A stretch of DNA of 64,000 nt, taken from NCBI RefSeq assembly GCF_009914755.1, contig NC_060926.1. One strand, given 5' to 3'. This document shows positions 12,420 to 26,657 of this stretch, one piece after another (within the stretch, counting starts at the first letter, position 1; every line of letters begins with the position of its first letter). The notes under the pieces are model-generated. The model made no database searches. It saw nothing but the letters and a program-made list of their open reading frames with translations, and was not told the DNA's origin. This DNA comes from the human T2T-CHM13v2.0 reference genome, Homo sapiens. Made by a program: the position numbers and the translations under genes.

Positions 12420-13938
12420 CCAAAGCATAGTTTCAGTTTTCTGATGGTGAACATGTTAGATTGGGGGGTTATTTATTGGGTGCCCCCCACACAAGTTGCT
12501 GGGGAAGTCAGAATGCACCCTTAGGAGATGAGAGCCACAGTTCACGTTTCCTCCGGGTGGATGCTCAGATGGGCTTCAGCTCCCGGCTCGGGAACTGAGG
12601 TCTGGTTCCGGGTCAGCCAGTACTCTTTATGGGCGCAGTGGGAGTCTGCTCCTCCTGCTTTCTTAGAAGAGACAGGAAGAGCCTTTCTCAAGGCAGAGAA
12701 GAGGAAAAGGAGATGCCTTCCGTCAGCCTTGGTCCTGGCACTCTCTGTGGGAGCTGCTATCACGATCTTCCCAGGTCTCTCCCGGCCTTCTTTGTTTTCA
12801 AGTCCTCATTCTCATTTAATTTTGTATTTATCACTAGAACTTTGGGTTAAGTTTTACCATGTACATGTTTTACATATAACTGAATGCACTTTTCACTTAC
12901 ATGCAGAAGTCAGAGTTTAACCTGTTAAAAACTTAGACCAAATGTATTAGAGGTGATAACCTTGGCCATAAAAACCTATCTAGGAACTACAGCTTCTTTT
13001 AGGGAAAGCAGACGGGATGGATTTCGGTTTTGTTTTTCAAATTTGCACTTGGAAAGAGAAGGATCTTTGTTGCCAGATAGAGCTGATGTCAGATGTGCTG
13101 CGCTGGTTGCAGTGAGTGTGGGAAGTCTCTGCCCTGCAGGCAGCCTCCACTCACTCAGCTCCAGTTTTCCAAGATGGCTGTTGGTACTAAATGAGGTACT
13201 AGTATATGCCTGACAGTGTGGGTATCTGTCAAAAGAGGATGTGATGTAGGTTCAACTGGCAAGACAAGAATAAAATGAATACGGCAAAGCAAGAACAAAA
13301 TGGCGAGAGTGAGGCTATTGTGAAGTTTTCTTCCCTAAGTTTTGTTAATTTCCCTGAAAATAAGTAGTCATTTCTTTGCAGAGGTGCAGCAGGAGTTCAG
13401 CCAAGGATGAGCCTGGGTTGAATCTTTACCCTTCAACAGAGTAGGCCAGCCGCTGCGGTAGCGAGTGGGAAGGACTGAGGGGTGGGGAGGTTCTGAGCAG
13501 GCATGAGGGGTCCAGCAAGGCTTCCTTAAGAGGTTGAGAGTACAGTGGAAAGCCTTAGGGCTTGAGGGGCTCTGGCAGGAGGTGGGTCTGGCCTTCTGTC
13601 TGCGGGGCCGCCTTGGCAGGTCGGGGCAGCGGGCGGACAGGCCAGGAGCATGAGGACCGCGGGGACACTGTGTGGTTTGTGTCCTCTGAAGACAGAGTGG
13701 CTTGGGTGGGAACAGGATGAAGGGCCCATTCCCAAGGGGAACACCAGGCATGGTGTGCTCAGGAGGAGGACGTGGATGCCGTGACAGTGTGTAAAAGTGA
13801 CAGTCAAAAGTCAAGCACCCAGTGTGTGACCGAGGGGATTCCTGCAGCCCCCTGCTGCCTGCCGCCATGCAGACATCTCTGTTCTTAATCAAGCCTGCTC
13901 ACTCAGCTCCTGCTCTCCTCCCCTTCTTCTCTCCCTAG

Positions 13939-14080
13939 TTTGCCATGTGGGTGGACGCTGTTATATTTGTCTTCAGCTTGGAGGATGAAATAAGTTTCCA
14001 GACCGTTTACCACTACTACAGTCGAATGGCCAACTATCGGAACACGAGCGAGATTCCTCTGGTTCTGGTGGGAACCCAGG
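13939..14080 (+). CDS. AGAP1: AGAP1 internal coding exon (exon 5; 142 nt)
   Basis: pyrimidine tract cttcttctctccctag|TTTGCC...ACCCAGG|gtgagt; translates [47 protein letters not shown](D), in frame with previous exon. Confidence 0.98.
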
Positions 14081-15086
14081 GTGAGTGATGTTCGTGTGCA
14101 GATTGTTTTGAAAGGGTTCTAACAGTTACATATTTTCAGTATGGAGGAGTTTAAAAAATGCTTTAAAGAAGGAAAAATTGCCTACTGAACGCTCACTTTT
14201 TTGGGAAAAATTATGGAACTGAAATGATCACATTTCCTGATTTGATTCTATGGTGAAACCACTCATTTAACAACCTGAAAACAACACACACACACATATC
14301 CCAGGTGCTTTATGAAAAATAAAATCTATTTTCCCTTGTTTTCTGGAAAAAAAATATATATGTGTGTGTGTATATGTTTTGTATATATATAGTCAAATAC
14401 ATATATATATTTTCTGCTATATTTTAATTCTCTGTTCTATAAAATGATTTATAAACAATCTATTAAAGCTTATCTTTCAGTGCACCTTGAAAATAGTGCT
14501 GATTTTGAACATAGAGCAGTTCTGTTTATTAAGTTCTGTTTGTCACCGTCTTATGATCTGTATCTTATTTTTAATCTGACAGGCCCCTCAGACAGAGAAT
14601 CCAACTGGGCACATTTCTTGTTTTCTCTGAGGGTCACTTCGAACTTGGTCTCTTAGTGGAGTGGCCGTCACATGGCCTGAGACACAATGTCCTCGCTCTT
14701 GATCACAGACCTATGGTTGTGCTGGGTCTGCCACTAGGGTCTAAGATGTCACGTAGGATGTTTGTAAAAGTCAGATGGAGGTTAGCTTTACAACTGCTTT
14801 GTCAGAAATATGGGTAACATACAAATAATCCTATCAGGAAAAATTGTATATCCCTTCATTTTTGTTGTGGCTATGAATAGACTGTTTTGCGAATTCTTTT
14901 AGAATGAGCCTATCTGACATGCCCATCCATGCTCTGATGTGAGACGCTTCTCTTTAGGACGTCAGCTGTACATACTGCACTAGGTGTGGTCTAAGTAGGA
15001 GGTTGCCCAGGCAGATGATTGGCTGCTTGATCACGAACCTACAAAAGCCCAGATAAATAGTGTGGCATAAACCACAAACATTTTCC

Positions 15087-15546
<460 letters not shown>

Positions 15547-15615
15547 CTATAAGTATCTTTTCAGTGTGCTAGATGAGAGATGTTAGAGTTGGGCTTCCTG
15601 GAGAGCACCTCCCCC

Positions 15616-15618
<3 letters not shown>

Positions 15619-15657
<39 letters not shown>
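15619..15657. repeat. Pure poly(T)39 tract
   Basis: 39 uninterrupted T, no adjacent Alu body. Confidence 0.95.
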
Positions 15658-15661
<4 letters not shown>

Positions 15662-15750
15662 CGTACGTGGTCGCTCTCACTCCTGAAACCTTCAGAGCCA
15701 GAGCTCTGTTTAATCCTAACACAGAAGGGAGGAGGGATTCTTAGGCCTAA

Positions 15751-15768
15751 TGCGCCCTCTAGTGTTCA
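15751..15768 (-). promoter_or_regulatory. CTCF core motif candidate
   Basis: Minus strand TGAACACTAGAGGGCGCA versus consensus CCASYAGRKGGCRS (one mismatch). Confidence 0.55.
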
Positions 15769-16664
15769 CCAGGAGACAAGGCCGCACCACCCAAAAGTCC
15801 TTGGTTCTTGTGAGAATGCAGAGTTGCCGTATTTGAGGTGGCATCTTGAAAATGCCTAATCGTGTTTTAAAGTGGATGCTCATCCACAGCAGATTCTGCT
15901 TAAAGCTGCCTTGAAGTCGAATAGAGAAATTCCGAATAAGCTCCCCTTCCTGCAGGCCCGACCGTGGCATTTTTGAGCAGGGTCCTTCGGGGCTGTGTGT
16001 GCAGACACCACTCACAGGCTGCTGGAGCTCAGGAGGTTTGACTTTAGGACTCAGAATGGGCTTTTGCTTAGACTCACTGTGAAAAGTGACAGTGAAGTTC
16101 CCAGCCTGGAAAGATCCCCTGCGATCAAGTTCTGTTCTCTGAGTTCTGAGTACACATCCATGTTCCATCAGTAGGAAGGGAGTGTCTGAGATCCCGGGAG
16201 TTGGGACCACACACACCTGCGTGTGACTGGCTGCTGGCTGGGTGACCTTGACACCTGGGACTTTGGTGGGGTTCAACAGGAATTCCCAGAAGACACTCAG
16301 TGCATCCGTGGGTATGTGATAGGCATCTTAACAATGGCTGCTTTTGTTCCTCATATTTCAATCTGCGACCAGTGTTCCAGGGTCCTGCCTGGAATCCTGA
16401 ACCCCACCCCCCACTGTCCCTGCCCCTGGAGGCAGCGTATCCCTCTGAGTCTCCTGCCTGAGCCAAGGGGCACATCGAGCCTCCTGCCAGGGTGGCTGCT
16501 TAGATTCTCGAGAAACCCTGATGAAGTTGAAGTCCTTGAGTAAAAGAAAGTACCCCCATTTATTCCCATGAATTCCATGAACATCCGTTGATCGGATGTG
16601 GAAAGATGCCCAGGAAGGCCCCAGGGGAGTGTGTGCGTGTGCGAGGGTGGCCTCTGGGGTTGGG

Positions 16665-16757
16665 AGGTAAGTCAGCCCCACACCCTCCCGGGGTGAACAG
16701 GTAAGCTGGCCCCACGCCCTCCCGGGGTGAGCAGGTAAGCGGGCCCCATGCCCTCCC
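16665..16757. repeat. 34-bp tandem repeat, about 2.7 copies
   Basis: aggtaag...gccccacrccctcccggggtgarc with GTAAG at 16667, 16701, 16735. Confidence 0.9.
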
Positions 16758-18172
16758 TGCAGGACTCCTCTTAGCTGGGCCACCCCCAGATGAACCAGAA
16801 CGAAAAGTTGCAATCAGGGCTGTATTCCTCACCTGCGGGATTCTCTTGGTCCTTCCCTAGACTTCAGGGAGCACCCCAGAAAGCCTGATGGCAGGAAGCT
16901 GGCATGCACGTGGGCTCTGAGGGTCCCTGCCGCGACGCTTGCTTCCTGCGTGCAGACTTGCTCTCCGTGAAGCCCGTGCTCGGCTGCTCTTTCAGGGGTT
17001 TGGCTTCCTGGGATGCCAGAGACAAAAGAGGGATCAGGTTGTCTAGGAAGGCACCTGGCATTTCTCTTCCTGCTGCTTTGGGGTAGGCAGCGTTAGAGGT
17101 CAGAGCATATGGGATGGGAAAGAACGGAAGAGGAATTAGGTTCATTGCCAAAGGATTCCTGGGCTGGGGTGAGGCCTCCACCCGCTGGCGGGAGGGGCAG
17201 CTCTGCCAGCAGGAGCTCTTTCTGGGCAGTAGCCAAGGACTGCACGAATGTTCATAATTGGGCAAGATGGGAATGAATGAGGTAATCATTTAATGTTTGT
17301 TAAACAAGTTCTGTTTTAAAGACTTGCAAATTAAATTGATTTGAGGGAGAAGCACGATCTGTAAAAAGCTACGGAGTTAAAAGTGGAATGAAAATGAGAC
17401 AGGTATAGAACCGAAATGCGAGTGCAGAAGCCCGTTTTGGTGCAGTGGCAGAGATTCCCGTGGTGCACCTTTGAAGCCGAAATTTGACAGAAACCAAGCG
17501 AGCATGCCGCTGAGGACGGAGGGGCTGCGGGATTGCTCGGCCGCAGGTCAGGGTCTCATGGAAGCTGGGTGGATGCTATGTGGCCTGTGTTTTCAAAATT
17601 ATCCTAGAGCATTGAAACATCATGGACTTGTAACTTCTTTTTACAATTAAAAAGAAATGTTTATACTTAAAAAAAAAACTTTCTTTTCTTAAATGTTGTG
17701 AAATGCAAGTCAGATTTACTAATCAGCAAGACAAGAAGGCAGGACGAGGTGCCCTTTGACCGTATCCCTGGAACGGGGGTGCAGCCTATGGAGGCTGTAG
17801 TGGTGATTGTCAGAGAAGAAACCCTTAACTGCAGAGTTCACTTGCCTTCCAGTAACGGGGAAACGTCAGCCCAACCCTATTTCATAGGGCTAAGAAAATA
17901 ACATGAGAAAAGAGAAAAGAAAAAACTGAATAAATTCCTCAGGACATCACTTTTTAAATATACTTCAAAAAATGAAGTTCTCAAATGCCCTTTCTCCACA
18001 AAAATAAAATGTCAAAGGTGGTCGCTCTGTTGTATAACTTTGCTGCTATTTCTTTGACTGGTGGAGAAATCCTGTTGGTGGATTTTTGTTTAAAGAGTTG
18101 TTTATTGTTTTCTTTGGCATAAGAGCCTTCAAGCCCTATGAAAAAGATTCAGGTTAGGAAACTGTCTCTGAA

Positions 18173-18475
18173 GGCTGGGCGCAGTGGCTCACGCCTGTAA
18201 TCCCAACACTTTGGGAGGCCCAGGCGGGTGGATCACTTGAGGCCAGGAGTTGAGACCAGCCTGGCCAACATGGTGAAACCCCGTGTCGACTAAAAATACA
18301 AAAAATTAGCTGGGCATGGTGGTGAGTACCTGTAATCCCAGCTACTTGGGAGCCTGAGGCAGGAGAATCATTTGAAACCAGGAGGCAGAGGTTGCAGTGA
18401 GCCAGCTCACGCCACTGTACTCCAGCCTGGGCGACACAGTGAGACTCCATCTCATTAAAAAAAAAGAAAAAAAAA
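18173..18475 (+). mobile_element. Alu (AluS-like)
   Basis: Full dimer; degenerate TSD aaactgtctctgaa / aagctgtctgtgaa. Confidence 0.96.
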
Positions 18476-18799
18476 GCTGTCTGTGAAAAGTCCTCTCTCC
18501 TCCCTAAGCCCTGTGGCTGTTCACATTCCAGCTCCTCATTTCTCTGTTCCACGTGCCACTGTAACTCAATAGTAATGGAATGGATGGGGCAGGGCTGGGG
18601 GTGGGGAATCCTGGCAGCTGAGCTTAAAAAAAAAAAAAGCTCAGTTTCTTTTTTAGGAAGCTGGTGCCGACATCCCTGTGCAGCTGCTCAAACGCCCCCG
18701 TGTGCACACATGACTTAGATTGGGGGGATCCAGGTCACCTGTGACCCTGAGGGGGTCCATCAAAACCTCAGGGGACTCGCTGCTCCCCTCTCCACACAC

Positions 18800-19185
18800 C
18801 TCCCTCCCACCCCTCTAGGCCTCACCCCTACATCTCCCTCATATACACCAGCTGTCCTGCTGCCCTCTGCCTCAGGCGTTCTGCCCCAGGCAGTGCCTAC
18901 TGCGCCCCACCTGCTGCAGGTGAGGGTTCCCTGACCTCTTGCTCTAAAACCCAGAGTCACCCAAGCCTCCTGACCTCCTTCCCGGCATCAGTTAACAGTG
19001 TGGCCATCTTACATTCAGAACCATTCATCACATTCATCTTTCTTTTCTGCTTGCCTCTCTGGCCAACTAGAATGTCTGTTTCATGAGAGTGCAGATTGTG
19101 TCTGTTTCAACAATTCACTGGGGTATCCCTGTGCATAGAACAGAAACAAACCCCAAATGGGGGCTCAGTGAGCATTTATTAAGTG
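18800..19185 (+). mobile_element. L2 3' end relic
   Basis: actagaatgt...catgagagtgcagattgtgtctgttt...ctcagtgagcatttattaagtg pattern of L2 3' terminus. Confidence 0.55.
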
Positions 19186-19599
19186 CGTCATTGGACAAGT
19201 GACCACACCTAGAAGAAGAATGCCAGTGTAGGGAGTATGCTTAGCCACCTGCGTGGTGCACAGAAGGGGGCCTGCACATAGGGACTGTGTGTGTGGTTTT
19301 TCCTCCTTTCTAAAGTATGTATCCTCTAGACCCATATTTAAGTCTTTTTCCTTCTTTCTGAACATTTTAAAATTGCAGTTTCAGAAGCGCTCCTGTAAAA
19401 CAAATATCTACGAATGAATAACTTTCTCTTGTGTTTGAGTCTCTTAGTTGGGAGGCAAACGATGCTCTACAATTCCAGATTCATAAACTAATTACATTTC
19501 TGCTGAGTAAGGTACTGGTTTTCCGTGTTGTGGGGAGTGTAGGAAGTATTTAGAGCTGTCATTGTCACTGTGCCGTTACTTTTTGGTCTTCTGTTCCAG

Positions 19600-19734
19600 A
19601 TGCCATAAGTTCTGCTAACCCGAGGGTCATCGATGACGCCAGGGCGAGGAAGCTCTCCAACGACCTGAAACGGTGCACGTACTACGAGACGTGTGCTACA
19701 TACGGGCTGAATGTGGAGAGGGTCTTCCAGGACG
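19600..19734 (+). CDS. AGAP1: AGAP1 internal coding exon (exon 6; 135 nt)
   Basis: ttctgttccag|ATGCCATA...CAGGACG|gtaaat; translates (D)[44 protein letters not shown], in frame with previous exon. Confidence 0.98.
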
Positions 19735-21374
19735 GTAAATGCGCGTGGCTGGGAGTTTAATTTCAGTTCATGATAGACGGGAGGCACTTCAAGAAGTCAG
19801 TCCTGCCTGCACTTGTGCATGTGGGTGGTGGAAATATGTCGTTGATGGGTGGGCATTAGTATCGAGAGCAGTCCATTCCAGAGGCAATTCTCAGGTATGT
19901 TTCATATAAACAGTGCTGTGTTCAGAAGAGACAACAAGGCATGGCTTGAGAACAGCCTGGTGTTGGGTCTGTGTGTCTCCTATGGGGCCTTTTTGTGTAC
20001 AGGATAGAACATTTCTTGAGCTGTTACTCATCCATGTGCTCTGTAAAACTTGTTTGTGAGCATTTCTTTATTGTAATTGCCCATTCTTAATCCAGTCCCG
20101 TCCTTTAAAGCAGTTTAAATATTTGATATTAGGCTTTGAGAAGAGAACTGAAAGGAGGAGAGAGAGAGTCAAGTTTGGACCTCCCCCCACCAAAAAAATA
20201 ATAAAATGACACGATACCACTCACAGCAGAGGGTGAGGACCAGCCTTTTGGAATTGTTTTTAGGTTATTTTATTCATTATTGATCACCTACCTTCAGGAA
20301 CAGCCACAAATCAGACAGAAAATTCTCCTAGGAGAGCATGAGGTTCTGCAAGAGGGTCACATACTTGTGGATGATCATAGCGCCAGACGTCGTCTATGAG
20401 AGAGGAGCCTGTGCAGATGCGTGGGGTGGGCGGGAGAGGTGGCGTCACCCTGGGGATAGGAGGGTCTGGGGTAAATAAGGACTGATACTTCTAAAGCCAG
20501 TCTTTTCAAGTTGGAAGCTTGGGAGAGGCATGGTTCTGGCAGAGGGTCCCCTTGCTGGTGGGAGTGGTGGAAGTCACTTGTAGGGTCCTCTCCCCTTCTG
20601 GTTTAAATCCATGGGGGCAGAGCCACCTGTCCCCCTGCTCTGGTGCCCAGGGGGTTGTCGGGGGCAGAGCAGGGCAGCCACACTCGGGCTCTCCAGAGAG
20701 TGCTGGAGCCGCTTCAAGGTGATGGAGGACTCGCCGCGCTCTGACCTTGAAGACCCACGGTGAAAGCAGTGGCTGCAGGACTGTTCCCGGGACTTCCTCC
20801 AAATGGGGCAATTTTCTATTACATGTTTAAATTAGTCTTCAGATGAAATTGTAGGGATTCTGTACATTCACTGTTCAACTCAGTTTCAAAGATGACATCA
20901 GTTCTCAAACTTCACATTTTCTTTCCTGGAGCAGTGAGGTTCCTTTCTAAGCCTGCCGTCTCTTCCCGCGCATCTCTGCCTCTCAGATACTTACCTGTTT
21001 TTCAGCACGTTGGTCCTAGTTACTGCTTCATGGCTTAGGTTTCTTCTCGCCTTATCCAGTGCCAATGCTGAAGAAGCGCAGGGTCCCCTGAGGATCAGCA
21101 CAAAGTCGCTGGGGTCCCACAGCCCCTTCTTCCCTCCACTAACGTATATCTCGGGCACCTCCTGCTGCCTCTGTCGGGAGAATGTCCTGTGGGGAGTAAA
21201 CCTCATTTCAAGCCGTGCTGGTGAACATGAGTGAGATGTTAGTGAGACTTGGAAGAACTGTGCAGGGAGGCCCTTAGAGCTCTTCTGAGAGGTGCACCCT
21301 AATGGAGCAAGGTCACTGTCGGCCGCTGCGCTGCCGAGGCCCCTGTGAATGTTGAAGTAAAGCGTCGTAGATGA

Positions 21375-21885
<511 letters not shown>

Positions 21886-22084
21886 ATGCAGGATATCAGG
21901 GACTCAGTTGTCTGGATAAGTTTAGTTTCCACAGTGACTCCTTTGCTTTTGTATTTATCACGGTTAACATACATGAGTTTTCCATAAATTGATGAGTGCT
22001 TCTTATAAAAATAATGTTGTCAATTAATGAATACTGGGGGTTGTCAGGATGATGCTGCCTTCCTGCCAAACAGCCTTTGTACGT

Positions 22085-22376
22085 TCTGGCTGCTCTAACA
22101 AGACCCAGTGGCTTATACAACAGACTTTTACTTGTCCTACTTACGGAGGATGGGAGTCCAGGGCCAGGTGCTGGTGGGTGTGGTGTCTGCTGAGGGCCAT
22201 CCTCCTAGTGGGATATGTGTTTGCATAGTGGAGAACAGAGGACACAAGCCCTCGCCAGTCCCTTCCCATAAAGGCACTTAACCCATCACAGGGTTCCACC
22301 CTTGTGATCAGTCACCTGGCAGAGGCCCCACCTCTTATTCCCCTGGGGGTCAGGATTTCAGTATAAGAATTTGGGT
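22085..22376 (-). mobile_element. MLT1-family (ERVL-MaLR) LTR relic
   Basis: ggctgctctaacaa...tggcttatacaacaga...ggaggatgggagtcca...tctgctgagggc...gaggccccacctctta...atttcagtataagaatttggg. Confidence 0.7.
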
Positions 22377-22668
22377 TGAGTTCCATACCACACCCAGCAC
22401 GTTCAAGGCAGAGGACAGGCAGCCACCCACCTCTGTGTTGGAAGCATTTCGTTTTCTTCAGGTTGGGGGTGGCAAGAGGAGAATAAGGACTGATATTTCT
22501 AAATATTAGTTTAAAATATTCAGAAAAAGCGTTTCCGTTACTGTGACAGCTCATGTCGCACCTCCCCAGGTGATGCTGTGATGAGTGTCCGTTTTCATGG
22601 GCACAGGAGATTTCCGTTCCAGTTTCGTATTATAGAAATAATACACTCTCATTATGTATTCGGATTTT

Positions 22669-22965
22669 GGCTGGGCGCAGTGGCTCAGGCCTGTAATCCC
22701 AACACTTTGGGAGGCTGAGGAGGGCAGATCACCTGAGGTCCATAGTTCGAGACCAGCCTGGCCACCATGGCGAAATCCCATCTCTACTAAAATTGCAAAA
22801 AATTAGCCGGGCATGGTGGCAGGCACCTGTAATCCCAGCTACTCAGGAAGCCAAGGCAGGAGAATCGCTTGAACCTGGGAGGCGGAGGTTGCAGTCAGCT
22901 GAGATTGCACAATTGCGCTCCATCCTGGGTGACAGAGCGAGACTCTGTCTCAAAAAAAAAAAAAA
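22669..22965 (+). mobile_element. Alu (AluS-like)
   Basis: Full dimer with A tail; flanking ggatttt duplication. Confidence 0.96.
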
Positions 22966-24590
22966 GTAGGATTTTATGGAATTTGAAAAGCAAATACCTG
23001 TGAAGCTACAACTTCCGTGACTATTGCGATTTTTTTGTCCTTAAAATATTTTCATATGAAGATAACATTTTTAAAATAAAATCAGTTACTTTGTATATTT
23101 TATATCATAGTTATATGGTATATGGTTTCTTATTTGTATATGTATTTTCATGTAAATCACAAACACTCTCATTGTTAGTGAGAAAAGTAGTTGCTGAGTA
23201 GGAGCTTTATTCAGTACTTAGCAATCCTTAATAACAAAGTAAAAATCCTCAAGGAAAGTTAAACATTGTAAGGTTTATATAAAGTTGAAGAAATTGAGGC
23301 TCAGAGAAATGACATAGCTTGACCCAAAGGGACACAGCCTGGACTGGATCCCCCATCTTGGGACCTGAGAGCCTCGACTTAACCACAGCACCGGGACATT
23401 TTGTCATTAAAATGGAAGCAAATCAGGTCCTGGGGCCTTAAGAACACACCAGCTTTGCCCACAGGTCTGGGGAGGGCCTTGCAGGGGATGCACCCAGCCA
23501 GCAGGGCCCCTGCCTGCTCGCCGACTCAGTTTATTCACATTTCTTGATAACTCTCTGGCTTCTTTTTTGCCCTAGGGCTTACTTTGTTTATTTACTTTTT
23601 ATACCTGTATATGGTAGAAAGAAAACATAAAGGAAAAGCGTGTAATTTCTACATAATGTTTGGCTTGTAAATAAAAAAAAAAAAAAAATCCAGCTGCTTC
23701 CATTGCCCTGCGGAGGCCATGTTCCTGATTGGCTCTGTACCGAGGTTCATTTAAAAGGCCAGGGACCTCATTCTTTCTTCTCCAACATTTGACTTCTTAG
23801 TGTCTTGTAACAAAAGGACATTGTAAAAATGAATGGAGAAACCTTGCATTCACTTTTTGTTCGCTTGTGTGGTCCTGTTTACTTTGCTTTCATGGAGTTT
23901 CCAGATGGCTACTGGCAAGTGGCTGTAGGTGTTGGGAAGCAGCCTAGCAGGCTGGTTCATCCACCCAGTCACTCGTTCATCTGAGCACCAGCTTCCCACA
24001 CACTGTGCGTCTGGTCAGGGGCTAGAGGCAGATTGGGAAGCGCAGGCAGGGTCCCTTCCTCCGTGAAGTTAAGGTCCACTAGGGAGGGTAAACATCAAAC
24101 GGTCACCCAGAAACATGACCTTGTGTCTTGCTCAGGGGTGGAAAAGAAGTGTGGCAGCCCAGGCTGCTTTCTGGGGGTGGAGCGTTCTCGCTCCTGCTCA
24201 CAGGCGAGTTTGTGTGGCTTGCGGGGCTGGGTGAGCTGGTTCCACAAGATGGTTTCTGCTTGACCTGGGCAGCTGAGCCGGACGTGGGCTGTGGGTACCC
24301 AACCGTTTGGATTCTCAGCAGAGCCCTGGGGAAGGGAGGCACTGGGGGCTGGGGCGGGCTGGATGTGCGGACTTGGCAGCTGGGGGCTGCAGGTCCGTCT
24401 GCAGGGACTGCACAGGGCTCTCGTTCCTAGATTGCTTCACAGCCAGCGGCTCTGTGCCTGTCAGATTCTGCATGGCTCTGTTTGCCTCTTCCTGCAACTG
24501 GGAAATAACCTATATACAAGTTTTTCTATTTTTAAAGTTAAAATGGTGATTTCAGTGTTTGGCATTAAATTTTTCAAAAGTCCCTGTTGA

Positions 24591-24985
<395 letters not shown>

Positions 24986-25886
24986 TTGCGATTCTTCTTT
25001 AAAGAGACATTTTTCCCACTTCATATGAAGAAGCAGCTTTCTGAGTGGCAGCAAGCAGCTCTTCTGGACAGACAGAGTGTGTGTCTGACATGGGACTGTA
25101 GTCAGGTCTCCGGAAGGTCAGGAAGGGTATAGTTTTGGTGATGGGATTTTTCAGCCTACATGCTGAAAGGTCACCTAAAATAGTTATAACTTAGTGACAA
25201 AAATAAATCCTCCCTTCAGAAGGCCAAGTCATGTTCAAGGTGGTAGCAAGCTGTGTATAGGTAGCAACAGGGCCCCTTTGAGCATTACACGTGCACCTTG
25301 GGAGGAAGAGAGTGGAGAGCGGGCTCTGCCTGTATATTCTTGGAGATGGTGCATTCAGCACTGTCGTTCCCTGCAGTTAGGTTTTGGAGAGTGTAAATTT
25401 TAGCCTGTCTTCAAATGCTTTGAGTTTCTCGTCTTCCTGAGTAGCGTGTTCGGAGCTTTCTCTGCTGCGGGTGGCGGTGCCACAGAGGAACACAGGGGCC
25501 TGTGTTGTGGCATCTGTTCAATCGGGGAGACAGGATCAGGGTTTTTTTGTTGGTTTTGACATTCTTGAGCCAATGCACCCTAACTTTTATTGGGCATAGT
25601 TTATGATTGTTAAATTATGGTGTCTTTGTGGTAGCTGTATGGCATGTGGGATTTTAAAGGCCCCTGATTCCTAAAGAAAGAGGGGTTTCCCTTTCATAGG
25701 CAATCAGGAGTACAACCTGATAGTGGTACAAAGAATTGTTTTCATTTCTTCTCCAAGCAGCTCGATGCCCTTTCTCTCTTCACTCCCCCTCTCCTAGAAT
25801 GAGCTGATAAAGATGTACGTGAGTGGTCCACAGTGTGGTTTTATGCATGGATTGTTTATTTGCATCCCAGCACGTTTTGTATACAG

Positions 25887-26195
25887 CAGGGGTCCCCAGT
25901 CAGGCTGCACAGGAGGTGAGCAGCTTGCAAGTGAGCATTACTCCCCGAGCTCCGCCTCCTGTCGGATCAGCAGCAGCCTTAGATTCTCCTAGGAGCACGA
26001 GCCCTGTTGTGAACTGTGCATGCGTGAGATCTAGGTTACGCATTCCTTAGGAGACTCTAATGCCTGACGAGCTGAGGTGGAACCGTTTCATCCCAAAACC
26101 ATCCCCATCCCCCACCTGCCCCCCAACCCCTGATCCTCAGAAAAATTGTCTTCCATGAAACCAGTCCTTGGTGCCAAAAAGGTTGGGGACTGCTG
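25887..26195 (+). mobile_element. MER1B-like hAT-Charlie DNA transposon
   Basis: Termini caggggtcccca / tggggactgctg; 8-bp degenerate TSD gtatacag / ctatatag; internal aaaaattgtcttccatgaaaccagtccttggtgccaaaaaggttgggga. Confidence 0.85.
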
Positions 26196-26576
26196 CTATA
26201 TAGAATTTAATATTCTTGCATGCATTTTCTGAACCTTCTAGTCACTTGTTAAATCCCAGTTCAGAACATCACATTAGATATATGATCTGCACTGTGCTAG
26301 GACGTGCTCCCCACCAAAACGTCAGCGTCTTAAGCTTGTATTCATATGACCATAGGAAAACCTACATGCAGAACTTTGATAGTAGTTGTTAGACCAGGTC
26401 AAGATCCATGTCAAAGAGATAAATTACAAATTATCATCTCTCTGCTTAACGGTCTCCAGGGCCAGTTTGGTGATCTCACATAGACTTCTGTCCTAGAACA
26501 GATCTGCATTATTGTGGAGGGAGAGACAGTAGGTTCTAGGTGTATGGGAAAGCTGGGCAGTGGCACTGGAAGGGCG

Positions 26577-26657
26577 CTGTGTGCCAGGTGCTAGCGCTCC
26601 CGGGCCCTGTGTGCCAGGTGCTAGTGCTCCCGGGCTCTGTGTGCCAGGTGCTAGTGT
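26577..26657. repeat. 30-bp tandem repeat, about 2.7 copies
   Basis: ctgtgtgccaggtgctagygctcccgggcy repeated. Confidence 0.92.
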
